Assembly (NCBI GenBank): GCA_035403785.1
Contig: DAONFW010000001.1
Location: forward strand, 21,595 to 85,594
Length of the DNA: 64,000 nucleotides
Reading direction: 5' to 3'
DNA from: Minisyncoccota bacterium
Lineage (GTDB): Bacteria > Patescibacteriota > Minisyncoccia > Phycocordibacterales > UBA9973
Part shown: positions 1 through 9,934 of the stretch, in pieces
Position numbering within the stretch: the first letter of the stretch is position 1
How the letters are laid out: every line of letters begins with the position of its first letter
Translations under genes and position numbers: made by a program
Notes under the pieces: generated by a model
The model's database searches: none
What the model saw: the letters and a program-made list of their open reading frames with translations, nothing else
Told to the model about the DNA's origin: nothing

Positions 1-58
1 TGGGGGGAGCCGGCAAAAAATGGAAAGGAAAATTTTTGGTTTTGGTTCCGACGCTTCA
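1..58. repeat. Left copy (truncated by window edge) of long inverted repeat X1; reverse complement of 4792..4850
   Basis: Read directly from the sequence: 1..58 equals the reverse complement of about 4792..4850 (ggaaccaaaaccaaaaattttcctttccattttttgccggctcccccc). The partner copy continues to 4995, so this copy presumably extends beyond the left window edge. Confidence 0.8.
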
Positions 59-360
59 TTCCTCCAGAAAGGACTTGTATTTATATTTTAGCATTGTGGC
101 GATATTTTGTCCGTCCTTTCCTCCGTCATTCGCGTCGGTGCGAGGCGCTCCCGTATCCGCGTTTTGTGGTAGTTCTATCGTCCTCTCACACTTCACAATC
201 ACCTCACATAGGCCGTTCGCATTCGCTCACGATGCCTGCTCGGTGCTTGCTTCGTGTTCGCTCCGTGACTTCGTTTAAGCCTGTGGTAACTCTAAAAAGC
301 GGATTGTGCTGAGGCACAAGCAAGTTTATATGTGCTTGCCCCACCCGCCCACGTGCGCGC

Positions 361-390
361 ACAGAAAACCACTCGCTAACGCGAGTGGCT
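361..390 (-). terminator. GC hairpin (ccactcgc-taac-gcgagtgg) just downstream of the minus-strand ORF that ends at 400
   Basis: Perfect 8-bp stem with a 4-nt loop. An A-run precedes it on the plus strand, which is a T-run on the minus strand. Confidence 0.4.
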
Positions 391-399
391 CCCTTGTGA

Positions 400-1737
400 T
401 CATTTAATCTTTAAGAACAAATCGGTAATACCTTTGAGTAAATTTTCATCCGGCACTAAATCTTTAAGCTCTTTTGCAAATGACAAGAAACTTTCCGTTT
501 CTTTTTCATTACTAGCATTCAATAATTCTATTTTTTCTTTCTCTTTCTTTACCTTTTTCCAATCAATAGATTTCTCGTAAGGTTCAGTATAAAGTTTCTC
601 AATGGTTTTCCTTATGAAGGTCGTAGTCTCACCGTCTGACCCCTTTTCTTTAATTTTTTGAATTAGGAAATCTGCGTGGTTGCGCATGACTTCGGCTACA
701 GTTGCCTTGAATGAATATTTTTCCTCTAAATCCCGCTCAGTACCATATCGTCTAATTGCAAAAGTAATCAAAAAGAGTAGTGGCGAAGTAAGCGTTAAGC
801 GATAGAACAGAGATTCCCATTTAGGAATTTCACCTCCATTATGCAAAAGAATTTCCTTTACATCAAAAATAAAATAGAGAAGGATAGAAAGAGCAACAAT
901 ACCCAACGAGAAAATCGCTAACCAAATATAGCTATTCCTGCGTAGTAATTTAGCCCTATTTTGAAACGAATTAGCAAAACCCGTGTCTGTAATGAGGTCT
1001 GCTATTTTTTCAACCTCGGATCGTTTTTCTGTCGCGATATCAAGATTCTTTTGTATGTCATCTCGCAGTTGTTCTGATTTTTTCTTATTCCCTTCGATCT
1101 CAGAAAGGTGTTTCTGTGATTGATCACGAAAAGACTGAATTTCTGTAGCAACAGCAGTTGCTTTTTTCTGCAAATCTTGAACTTGCGCAAGAACTGCTCC
1201 CAAGCCGGTATTCTGGTCAGTAATTTTTGCATTAACCGCGACAAATTCATTGTAGGCATTTTGAATTTGTGTGATTTTTTCTTGAACTTGCCCCAGTAAT
1301 TCATTAATTTTCCCTAACTGTTGCGTCGCGGTTGTTTTGGCTGTTTCAATATCTGTTCGCAGGTTATTAGCTGTCAGAACAAGTGACTCTATTTCTCCCT
1401 CTCTACCCTCGATTTTTCCTTTTATGTTTTCAAATTTACGCAAACCTTCATCAATCTGAGTAATACTGGATTGTGCTTTTTCAAGATTGCTTTTTATTTC
1501 TGCAACAAAAGTTGCGGAATCATTCTTTGCGTTCTCAATAGTCCCAAGTCGCTCCCGGGCATCGTTTGAGATTTTTTCGATCTCATTCTGTTTTGGTACA
1601 AGGGTTGCTTGTGTAGCTTCAAATTTAATTTGAAGTGCTGAAATTTTCTCCAAAATATCTTTGGCTTTGTTGTATTGGCTCTTGATGTTCCTTAATTCTT
1701 CAGGACTCAAGTTAAAATTGTCGTTTTCGTCTGGCAT
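400..1737 (-). CDS. Hypothetical coiled-coil protein with two central TM helices (possible 2TM effector or abortive-infection-like protein); island 1 cargo
   Basis: 445-aa ORF. The N-terminal ~270 aa are E/K/Q-rich heptad-like sequence. Two hydrophobic helices follow (IWLAIFSLGIVALSILLYFIF; LTLTSPLLFLITFAI), then a ~120-aa charged tail. No recognisable enzyme motif. The gene is divergent from the LexA-like gene. Confidence 0.6.
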   Translation of the reverse strand: MPDENDNFNLSPEELRNIKSQYNKAKDILEKISALQIKFEATQATLVPKQNEIEKISNDARERLGTIENAKNDSATFVAEIKSNLEKAQSSITQIDEGLRKFENIKGKIEGREGEIESLVLTANNLRTDIETAKTTATQQLGKINELLGQVQEKITQIQNAYNEFVAVNAKITDQNTGLGAVLAQVQDLQKKATAVATEIQSFRDQSQKHLSEIEGNKKKSEQLRDDIQKNLDIATEKRSEVEKIADLITDTGFANSFQNRAKLLRRNSYIWLAIFSLGIVALSILLYFIFDVKEILLHNGGEIPKWESLFYRLTLTSPLLFLITFAIRRYGTERDLEEKYSFKATVAEVMRNHADFLIQKIKEKGSDGETTTFIRKTIEKLYTEPYEKSIDWKKVKKEKEKIELLNASNEKETESFLSFAKELKDLVPDENLLKGITDLFLKIK

Positions 1738-1749
1738 AAATTAATTGTG

Positions 1750-1792
1750 GATAACCGGGGACTTGTTTAGGTTATCTTTAGGTATTATAATC
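1750..1792 (+). promoter_or_regulatory. Palindromic operator candidate GATAACC-N13-GGTTATC overlapping a -10-like TATTATAAT in the divergent promoter region
   Basis: Seen in sequence: gataaccggggacttgtttaggttatc, then tattataat 6 bp before the ATG at 1798. It lies between the divergent 400..1737 and lexA-like genes. Confidence 0.45.
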
Positions 1793-1797
1793 TAACT

Positions 1798-2424
1798 ATG
1801 AAAAAGAAGTCAAGCGTTGGAATAGGTAAACCGACAAAGCGGGAAGCTGAAATCCTACAATTCGCACGAGAGTATCGTCAAGAAAATGGATTCTCCCCCT
1901 CACTGGTTGAGATTGCTAAACATTTTAAGCGTTCCGTGCCCACAATTCATCAACATGTCTATTCTTTGCGAAGCAAGAACCTTCTTTTGATAGATAAGGG
2001 CAAAAAGCGTTCAATCAATGCTTTACATAATCACAGGGTTTCGGAAGTAATGATACCTCTAATGGGAATTATTTCTGCCGGTGGTCCAATTGAGGCCATC
2101 CGCGATCCAAAACCAGTAGAAGTTCCGCGAAGTATGCTTTCCCCCGGACATGACTACTACGCACTAAAGGTTTCCGGGCTGAGCATGATTGAGGAAGGAA
2201 TATCAGATGGAGACGTTGTGATTGTAAGAGATCAACCAACAGTAGATGACGGAGAAAAAGCAGTCGCGTATATGCCAGATAGAAACGAAGTAACGCTCAA
2301 AAAAATATACAGAGAAAAAGGTCGGATAAAACTTGTTCCAGCAAATCAAACCATGAAGCCGTTTTATGAATCAAACGTGGTCATTCAAGGAAAGGTCGTA
2401 GGAGTATTAAGAAAAGAATTTTAA
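1798..2424 (+). CDS. lexA: LexA-like repressor (N-terminal winged HTH plus C-terminal S24 peptidase with an Ala-Gly self-cleavage site)
   Basis: HTH region LVEIAKHFKRSVPTIHQHV. Cleavage-site-like ISAGGP. Ser nucleophile in GLSM and Lys in TLKKI. Length of 208 aa is typical. Confidence 0.75.
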   Translation: MKKKSSVGIGKPTKREAEILQFAREYRQENGFSPSLVEIAKHFKRSVPTIHQHVYSLRSKNLLLIDKGKKRSINALHNHRVSEVMIPLMGIISAGGPIEAIRDPKPVEVPRSMLSPGHDYYALKVSGLSMIEEGISDGDVVIVRDQPTVDDGEKAVAYMPDRNEVTLKKIYREKGRIKLVPANQTMKPFYESNVVIQGKVVGVLRKEF

Positions 2425-2433
2425 AATAAACTT

Positions 2434-4008
2434 ATGTCATTAGTAACAATACACGAAGCATCAAAATGGGCGACGGACTATCTTGAAAAAGAGGTATCGC
2501 CAACAAATATTTCTTACCTTGTTCAATATGGTAAGGTTAAGAAACTTGGAGAAAATGGGTCAACCCTTGTTGATTTGAATGATTTGAAAAAGTATTACGA
2601 ATCATGGAAAGGTAAACGAGAGATTGATTGGAAAAAACAACTTGGTGATGATTTAAACTGGGCGTTGTCTTTTGATAATCTCAGGGAAAAAGATACGACG
2701 AAGCATGTTCATAGATTACATCCATACAAAGGAAAATATATTCCGCAACTTGTTGAATATTTTATTGATTCCCACATTGATGATTTTAAAAAAGAAGTTT
2801 ATTTTAAAACCGGTGATATAGTCCTCGATCCTTTTCTGGGTTCAGGAACAACAATTATTCAATCACTAGAAATGGGTATCCATTCCGTGGGTATTGATGT
2901 GTCTGAGTTTAATTGCATGATTGCGAGTTGCAAGGCAACAAACTATGATCACGACTATTTGCAGAAAGCAATTAAAAAAATGCTCTCCGCAATAGATACT
3001 TTTGAGCATGATAATAGAATCCAAGAATTTGAAACAGAGTTGTTGGCAGAATTGGCAAAGTTTAATAACAAACATTTTCCCGGCTCAGATTTCAAATATA
3101 AAATAAATCAGGGAAATTTTGATGAAAAAAAGTTTTCTTCAGAAAAAGAAAGGGAGTTTTTGCCTACATATCAGAAATTACTCAAAAAATATTCAATAAA
3201 ACTGAAACAAGACAAAACTGAGTCATTTTTAGATACTTGGTTTATGGATAATGTGAGAAAAGAAATTGATCATGTTTTTAACACTATAAAACAAGAGAAG
3301 GATACAAAAACAAAAAAGATTCTCGCTCTAATTTTGAGCCGAACAATTAGATCGTGTCGAGCTACAACACACAGCGATCTTGCTACCCTAAAAGAACCTC
3401 AACTAACAACATATTATTGCTATAAGCACAAAAAGATTTGCAAACCGTTGTTTTCTATAAAAACAATGCTTAATCGTTACGCTTACGATACTGTTTCAAG
3501 GATCAAGGAATTTGAAAGGTTGCGAAAACCAGTTCATTATTCTGCTATTGCTGGTGATTCAAGAGTTGTGGATATTTTTGAAAAAGTTGAAAAGCAAAAC
3601 CCAGAGTTCGCAAAAATTCTTAAAAAACAAAAAATTTCAGGTATTTTCTGCTCGCCTCCATATGTTGGACAGATTGATTATCACGAACAACACGCCTACG
3701 CCTATGACTTGTTAGGATTTAAGAGAAAAGATGATCTAGAAATTGGCCCACTTTACAAAGGACAAGGACAAGAGGCACGCAGATCATACGCACAAGGAAT
3801 AGCCGATGTGCTAAATAACTGTAAGAAATATCTAAAAGATGATTACGATATTTTCCTTGTGGCAAACGATAAATATAATCTTTATCCAGAAATTGCTGAA
3901 AAATCTGGAATGAAGATTGTTAATCAATTTAAAAGACCTGTTTTGAATCGAACAGAACGGGACAGGAATCCATATTCCGAAATAATTTTTCATTTTAAAT
4001 CAATATAA
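2434..4008 (+). CDS. Type II DNA methyltransferase, amino-MTase (N6-adenine or N4-cytosine), alpha-class motif order
   Basis: Motif I DPFLGSGTT at about aa 135. Motif IV SPPY (IFCSPPYVGQIDY) at about aa 410, with a long intervening target-recognition region. Confidence 0.75.
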   Translation: MSLVTIHEASKWATDYLEKEVSPTNISYLVQYGKVKKLGENGSTLVDLNDLKKYYESWKGKREIDWKKQLGDDLNWALSFDNLREKDTTKHVHRLHPYKGKYIPQLVEYFIDSHIDDFKKEVYFKTGDIVLDPFLGSGTTIIQSLEMGIHSVGIDVSEFNCMIASCKATNYDHDYLQKAIKKMLSAIDTFEHDNRIQEFETELLAELAKFNNKHFPGSDFKYKINQGNFDEKKFSSEKEREFLPTYQKLLKKYSIKLKQDKTESFLDTWFMDNVRKEIDHVFNTIKQEKDTKTKKILALILSRTIRSCRATTHSDLATLKEPQLTTYYCYKHKKICKPLFSIKTMLNRYAYDTVSRIKEFERLRKPVHYSAIAGDSRVVDIFEKVEKQNPEFAKILKKQKISGIFCSPPYVGQIDYHEQHAYAYDLLGFKRKDDLEIGPLYKGQGQEARRSYAQGIADVLNNCKKYLKDDYDIFLVANDKYNLYPEIAEKSGMKIVNQFKRPVLNRTERDRNPYSEIIFHFKSI

Positions 4009-4012
4009 TTTT

Positions 4013-4795
4013 ATGGCACTATCAAAAGAACAAGTTAAAAATGTCGAGGATGTACTAAAAGCAAGTCTCAGAAACAAATTCCAAAATTACAAACCGGAAC
4101 CGGCTTCGATGCCATTCCATACTCGTCTTTTGGGTAAGGATAGATTGGCACTTTATTCATTTATCCATTCTCTCAATACTAATTTTGGAACAAGTATTTT
4201 TGAACCGGTCGGCTTAGCTTTGGCGCAAAAGAATTTCAAAATGGCTACATGCCAAGCTACTGCCGGAGATCGTATAAGCACCGGCGCACAAGCAGAAATA
4301 CAAAAAATTATTGATGGACTAACGACGGCAACATCATCACCAAACAAAAAAGAGGAAATTGAACGAATAAGAAAAGTTTGTCAGTCTGGTGAGATGATAA
4401 AAGCAAAACCTACCAAAGTAGATTTAATGTTTGAATCAAAAGACGGCGGTTATTATTTATTTGATATAAAAACAGCAAAACCTAATGCTGGAGGATTTAA
4501 GGAATTTAAACGAACACTACTTGAATGGGTCGCTGTGACTTTGGCGAACAATCCAAAAGCCGATATAAACACATTTATCGCAATTCCATATAATCCTTAC
4601 GAACCAGAGCCTTACACACGATGGACAATGCGTGGAATGCTTGATTTGGATAATGAGCTTAAAGTAGCTGATGAATTTTGGGATTTTCTTGGTGGTAAAG
4701 GCACATACAAAGATTTACTAGATTGTTTTGAACGAGTTGGAATTGAACTTCGTGGCGAAATAGATGACTACTTTAAGCGCTTCAATAAAAAATAA
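4013..4795 (+). CDS. Putative cognate type II restriction endonuclease
   Basis: The start lies 4 bp after the MTase stop on the same strand. There is a possible D..D-x-K catalytic signature (KDGGYYLFDIK). No other homology is recognisable by eye. Confidence 0.45.
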   Translation: MALSKEQVKNVEDVLKASLRNKFQNYKPEPASMPFHTRLLGKDRLALYSFIHSLNTNFGTSIFEPVGLALAQKNFKMATCQATAGDRISTGAQAEIQKIIDGLTTATSSPNKKEEIERIRKVCQSGEMIKAKPTKVDLMFESKDGGYYLFDIKTAKPNAGGFKEFKRTLLEWVAVTLANNPKADINTFIAIPYNPYEPEPYTRWTMRGMLDLDNELKVADEFWDFLGGKGTYKDLLDCFERVGIELRGEIDDYFKRFNKK

Positions 4796-4995
4796 GCGTC
4801 GGAACCAAAACCAAAAATTTTCCTTTCCATTTTTTGCCGGCTCCCCCCACACCCCCCGCCGAAAGAGGAATTGTAAGGAAAATTTTGGTTTTGGGATCGC
4901 GACCGAAGGGAGCGTGCGAGGCGCAAGTATCATTCGTCAAAATCCTGCGGATTTTGTCCGAAATACATTCGAACTTCGTCCAATACACACCGCCA
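4792..4995. repeat. Inverted repeat X1, right copy, ending in the CCGCCA core at 4990..4995
   Basis: 4792..4850 matches the reverse complement of 1..58. The distal 50 bp (ggattttgtccgaaatacattcgaacttcgtccaatacacaccgcca) is conserved with the end of X2 at 36857..36906. Confidence 0.65.
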
Positions 4996-5109
4996 AAATT
5001 GGAAATCGGAATCGGAAGCCGAAATGGGGTCGGCGCGAAGCGCCGACACAAACGCATTCCCGCCAAAAATTCCCGAATCCAAAAGGTTTTTCCACGCTCC
5101 GCGTGGCTC
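4990..5109. repeat. Inverted repeat Y1, copy A (120 bp, GC-rich, with internal hairpins)
   Basis: Appears to be a perfect reverse-complement match to 6512..6631 when read by eye in chunks. It contains the hairpins gtcggcgc-gaa-gcgccgac and ccacgc-tcc-gcgtgg. Confidence 0.85.
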
Positions 5110-5131
5110 TCTCGTTTGCCAATACAATTTT

Positions 5132-6730
5132 ATGAATAATCAAACCAAAAAGTTTTTCATATATACTCGCAAGTCTACGGATGACAAAGACAGACAAGTC
5201 CGCAGTATTGCAGACCAACTTTCTGAATTGAAAGAATTAGCAAGGAAAGAAGATTTAGATGTTGTTGATGTCTTTGTCGAAAAGCAGACCGCCAAAATAC
5301 CAGGTCGCCCAGTGTTTGGTGAGATGTTGGAGCGAATGGAGAAAGGCGAAGCCACTGGTATTTTGGCGTGGCATCCCGATAGACTTGCTCGCAACTCGAT
5401 AGACGGAGGAAAAGTCATCTACCTCGTTGACACCGGTGTCATTTCAGAAATGAAATTCCCAACTTTTTGGTTTGATCCGACACCGCAAGGCAAGTTTATG
5501 CTTTCAATCGCTTTTTCGCAGTCCAAGTATTATGTGGACAATTTGAGCGAAAATATTAAGCGTGGACATAGAAACAAAGTGAAAGAAGGAATATGGCCTC
5601 AAATGTCGCCGCTAGGATATATAAACGAGGGCGGGAAAATTGTCGTTGATGAAAATATCGCACCTTTAATCAAGAAAACATTTGAGGCATATTCGTCTGG
5701 GTCTTTCACTTTGCGACAACTTCGCGACAAATTTAATGAACTTGGATTGAAGCGAAAAAGCGGAAAGGAACTTGCGGTGTCGAATTATCAAAAACTTTTG
5801 AAAAACCCAATTTACACAGGTTTGATGTTGTATAACGGCGAGATACACGAAGGTAAGCACGAACCGATTATTACAAAGAAACTTTTTGATTCCGTTCAAG
5901 AAGTGATGATGAGAAAATCTAAACCGAAGTCGCGAGGATTGAAACCATTTTTGTACAGAGGATTTTTCCGTTGCGGAGAATGTAGTTGCTTCATTACCAC
6001 CGAAACACAGAAGGGTCATAATTATTTGCGATGTACCAAACGGAAAAATCCTTGTTCACAAAAATATACTCGTGAGGAAACCATCACTTCTGAAATTCAA
6101 AAGGAAATCAAAAAAGTTTCTTTGCCAGACGATTGGGCTTCTTGGATGTTAGTGGAAAATAGAAAAGATATATTGAGTGAAGCCCAATTGTCTACGCTTT
6201 TTGCAGACAACACAAAAGCCGATATTTCTCTTTTGGATTCTAAAATTGAGAAGCTGATGAACGCATATTTAGAGAACGCACTTTCGCTAGACGAGTATCG
6301 AGATATGAAAAACAAACTTGTGAACGAAAAACAGCTTCTCAAAGAGAAATTATCGGCTTTTGAGAAAAAAGCGAATAATCGGTTCGAACTTACCGAAAAG
6401 TTTTTGAAATACAATGTGGAATTGGCAAACGAGTGTACAAATGAAGAAAAACTTCATTTGTACAAAAAAGTCGGTTCGAACTTTCAAATTAAGGATCGAA
6501 CCGTACTTTTTGAGCCACGCGGAGCGTGGAAAAACCTTTTGGATTCGGGAATTTTTGGCGGGAATGCGTTTGTGTCGGCGCTTCGCGCCGACCCCATTTC
6601 GGCTTCCGATTCCGATTTCCAATTTTGGCGGAGGCGGAGGGATTCGAACCCTCGATGCCCTTTCAGACATACAGACTTTCCAGGTCTGCGCACTAGACCG
6701 CTATGCGACGCCTCCAAAATTTCTTATTAA
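5132..6730 (+). CDS. Large serine recombinase (resolvase/invertase catalytic domain, recombinase domain and zinc ribbon)
   Basis: The ATG at 5132 aligns with the paralog start MDNINLQTKKIFLYARKSTDE. Catalytic Ser is in YTRKSTDD. The Cys cluster FRCGECSCFITT...LRCTKRKNPC is present. Homology to the paralog ends near aa 465 (GSNFQIKDRTVLFEP). The last ~70 codons are encoded by repeat Y1 copy B and antisense tRNA-Ser, so the functional end is probably earlier than the ORF stop. Confidence 0.85.
   Translation: MNNQTKKFFIYTRKSTDDKDRQVRSIADQLSELKELARKEDLDVVDVFVEKQTAKIPGRPVFGEMLERMEKGEATGILAWHPDRLARNSIDGGKVIYLVDTGVISEMKFPTFWFDPTPQGKFMLSIAFSQSKYYVDNLSENIKRGHRNKVKEGIWPQMSPLGYINEGGKIVVDENIAPLIKKTFEAYSSGSFTLRQLRDKFNELGLKRKSGKELAVSNYQKLLKNPIYTGLMLYNGEIHEGKHEPIITKKLFDSVQEVMMRKSKPKSRGLKPFLYRGFFRCGECSCFITTETQKGHNYLRCTKRKNPCSQKYTREETITSEIQKEIKKVSLPDDWASWMLVENRKDILSEAQLSTLFADNTKADISLLDSKIEKLMNAYLENALSLDEYRDMKNKLVNEKQLLKEKLSAFEKKANNRFELTEKFLKYNVELANECTNEEKLHLYKKVGSNFQIKDRTVLFEPRGAWKNLLDSGIFGGNAFVSALRADPISASDSDFQFWRRRRDSNPRCPFRHTDFPGLRTRPLCDASKISY
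6512..6631. repeat. Inverted repeat Y1, copy B, overlapping the recombinase 3' end and abutting the tRNA-Ser 3' end
   Basis: Reverse complement of 4990..5109. Its last 6 nt (tggcgg) are the terminal CCGCCA of the tRNA. Confidence 0.85.
6626..6715 (-). tRNA. tRNA-Ser (anticodon GGA), class II with a long variable arm
   Basis: Reverse complement reads GGAGGCG-TC-GCAT...; anticodon stem-loop CAGAC-CTGGAAA-GTCTG; T arm GAGGGTTCGAATCCCTC; acceptor CGCCTCC-G-CCA. Length 90 nt. Confidence 0.85.
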
Positions 6731-6731
6731 A

Positions 6732-7274
6732 TTATACTTTTTTGTATGCCAAAAAAGTCTTTTTTAGTTTAAATGATTCTTTAGAAAAAATCCACTTATT
6801 TAAAGCAGGGCTAACAGTCAAAGCAAAACCAATATTTCCCGCTAGATGCAAAATAGTGAAAGGTATTTGTAATGCTAAAGCAGTTAGAATAGTCTGGCCA
6901 AAAATAGGCGCGACCAAAACACCAGTTATTAAGTCATAAAAAATGGTTGAAACTATCGCAAATACTGCAAAATTCAAAACAGAAGTTTTATATTTTTTAA
7001 AATAAAAAGTAGCTACTACTCCGATCAAACCATAAGTAATTCCGGTAATCCAAGTCCATGAACCAAAATGAGTTACAGCATCGTAAAGGAAAATACTCAA
7101 AAATCCAAAAAGAAAACTCAAAACCGCGCCGTATTTCTTGCTTACAGGCATCACAGAAGCCATAATTGGCTCTAAATTTGGAGCTCTAAACGGAACCAAT
7201 CTGAACAAAAAACAACCCAAGAATATTGCAAAAATTTTTGATTTTTCTTTAATAAAATTTGTCATGGAATTCAA
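6732..7274 (-). CDS. Polytopic membrane protein of unknown function (about 5 TM helices)
   Basis: Hydrophobic helices run throughout and there is no soluble domain. The true start may be an internal Met. Confidence 0.5.
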   Translation of the reverse strand: MNSMTNFIKEKSKIFAIFLGCFLFRLVPFRAPNLEPIMASVMPVSKKYGAVLSFLFGFLSIFLYDAVTHFGSWTWITGITYGLIGVVATFYFKKYKTSVLNFAVFAIVSTIFYDLITGVLVAPIFGQTILTALALQIPFTILHLAGNIGFALTVSPALNKWIFSKESFKLKKTFLAYKKV

Positions 7275-7316
7275 TTATAATCTTTCAAAAAAAATCCGGC
7301 AATCTGGACATTTTTT

Positions 7317-9356
<2,040 letters not shown>

Positions 9357-9427
9357 CTATCTATTTTATTTAATATCTAATCAAAAATTTTAGTCAATTA
9401 GTTAGTCGGCCAGTCAGTTAATTATTT

Positions 9428-9934
9428 TTAGTATGTTACTTTTAATTCACGTACAGCAACGCCAGAATTTGTATTACAATTATTGTACCCAGTAGAAATT
9501 ATAGTGGTTGTGTTGCTAGCAATATCTCTTATTAAAGTGACATCTGCACAGGCTTTCCCAGATTCACCCAAATTACGCACTTCAAAAGACCAAGATCCAC
9601 TTCCGATTAAACTTCCTATTGAACTAACCACAATATTTTGACCAGCACATTTCATCTGATGATCCAATGTACCAGAAAATACGTTTAGTGTTGGGTCTGA
9701 TTTGTCATAAAAAAGCGCGCATTCTGCTCCAGTATCTGCTGCAAAAAAAGCTTCGTTCCCAGCACGCGCAGAGACACTAAAGTTTGCTTCTTTTAAAGCA
9801 ATTCTCAAAATTCCCATCGCAATAGCCAAAATAATACTTGCCAAAATCATCGTATACAAAACCACGAAGCCATTATTCTTAATATTACTTATTTTGTTTC
9901 TTTTAAAAATTTTATTTTTCATTACTGTGTCCAA
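9428..9934 (-). CDS. Pilus-associated membrane-anchored protein (PilX-like); last gene of the minor pilin set
   Basis: N-terminal TM (VVLYTMILASIILAIAMGI). It overlaps the upstream minor pilin gene by 13 bp in the same operon. Confidence 0.4.
   Translation of the reverse strand: MDTVMKNKIFKRNKISNIKNNGFVVLYTMILASIILAIAMGILRIALKEANFSVSARAGNEAFFAADTGAECALFYDKSDPTLNVFSGTLDHQMKCAGQNIVVSSIGSLIGSGSWSFEVRNLGESGKACADVTLIRDIASNTTTIISTGYNNCNTNSGVAVRELKVTY

Noticed and set aside
1002-1304. 100-aa ORF nested antisense or in an alternate frame inside the 445-aa coiled-coil gene
   Set aside because: It is fully contained within a longer ORF with coherent coiled-coil periodicity. The basic, low-complexity sequence is typical of an out-of-frame AT-rich translation.
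5024-5131. Upstream alternative start (MGSARSADTNAFPPKIPESK...) for the first recombinase
   Set aside because: This N-terminal extension is encoded by repeat Y1 and is absent from the paralog. The ATG at 5132 gives an N-terminus matching the second recombinase (M-N-Q-TKK-F-Y-RKSTD).
4764-5218. Cluster of overlapping ORFs on both strands (123, 101, 94, 93 and 65 aa) between the REase and the recombinase
   Set aside because: They are translations of the X1/Y1 repeats. The identical peptide strings recur at 6350..6717 on the opposite strand because of the inverted repeat. No coding signal is present.
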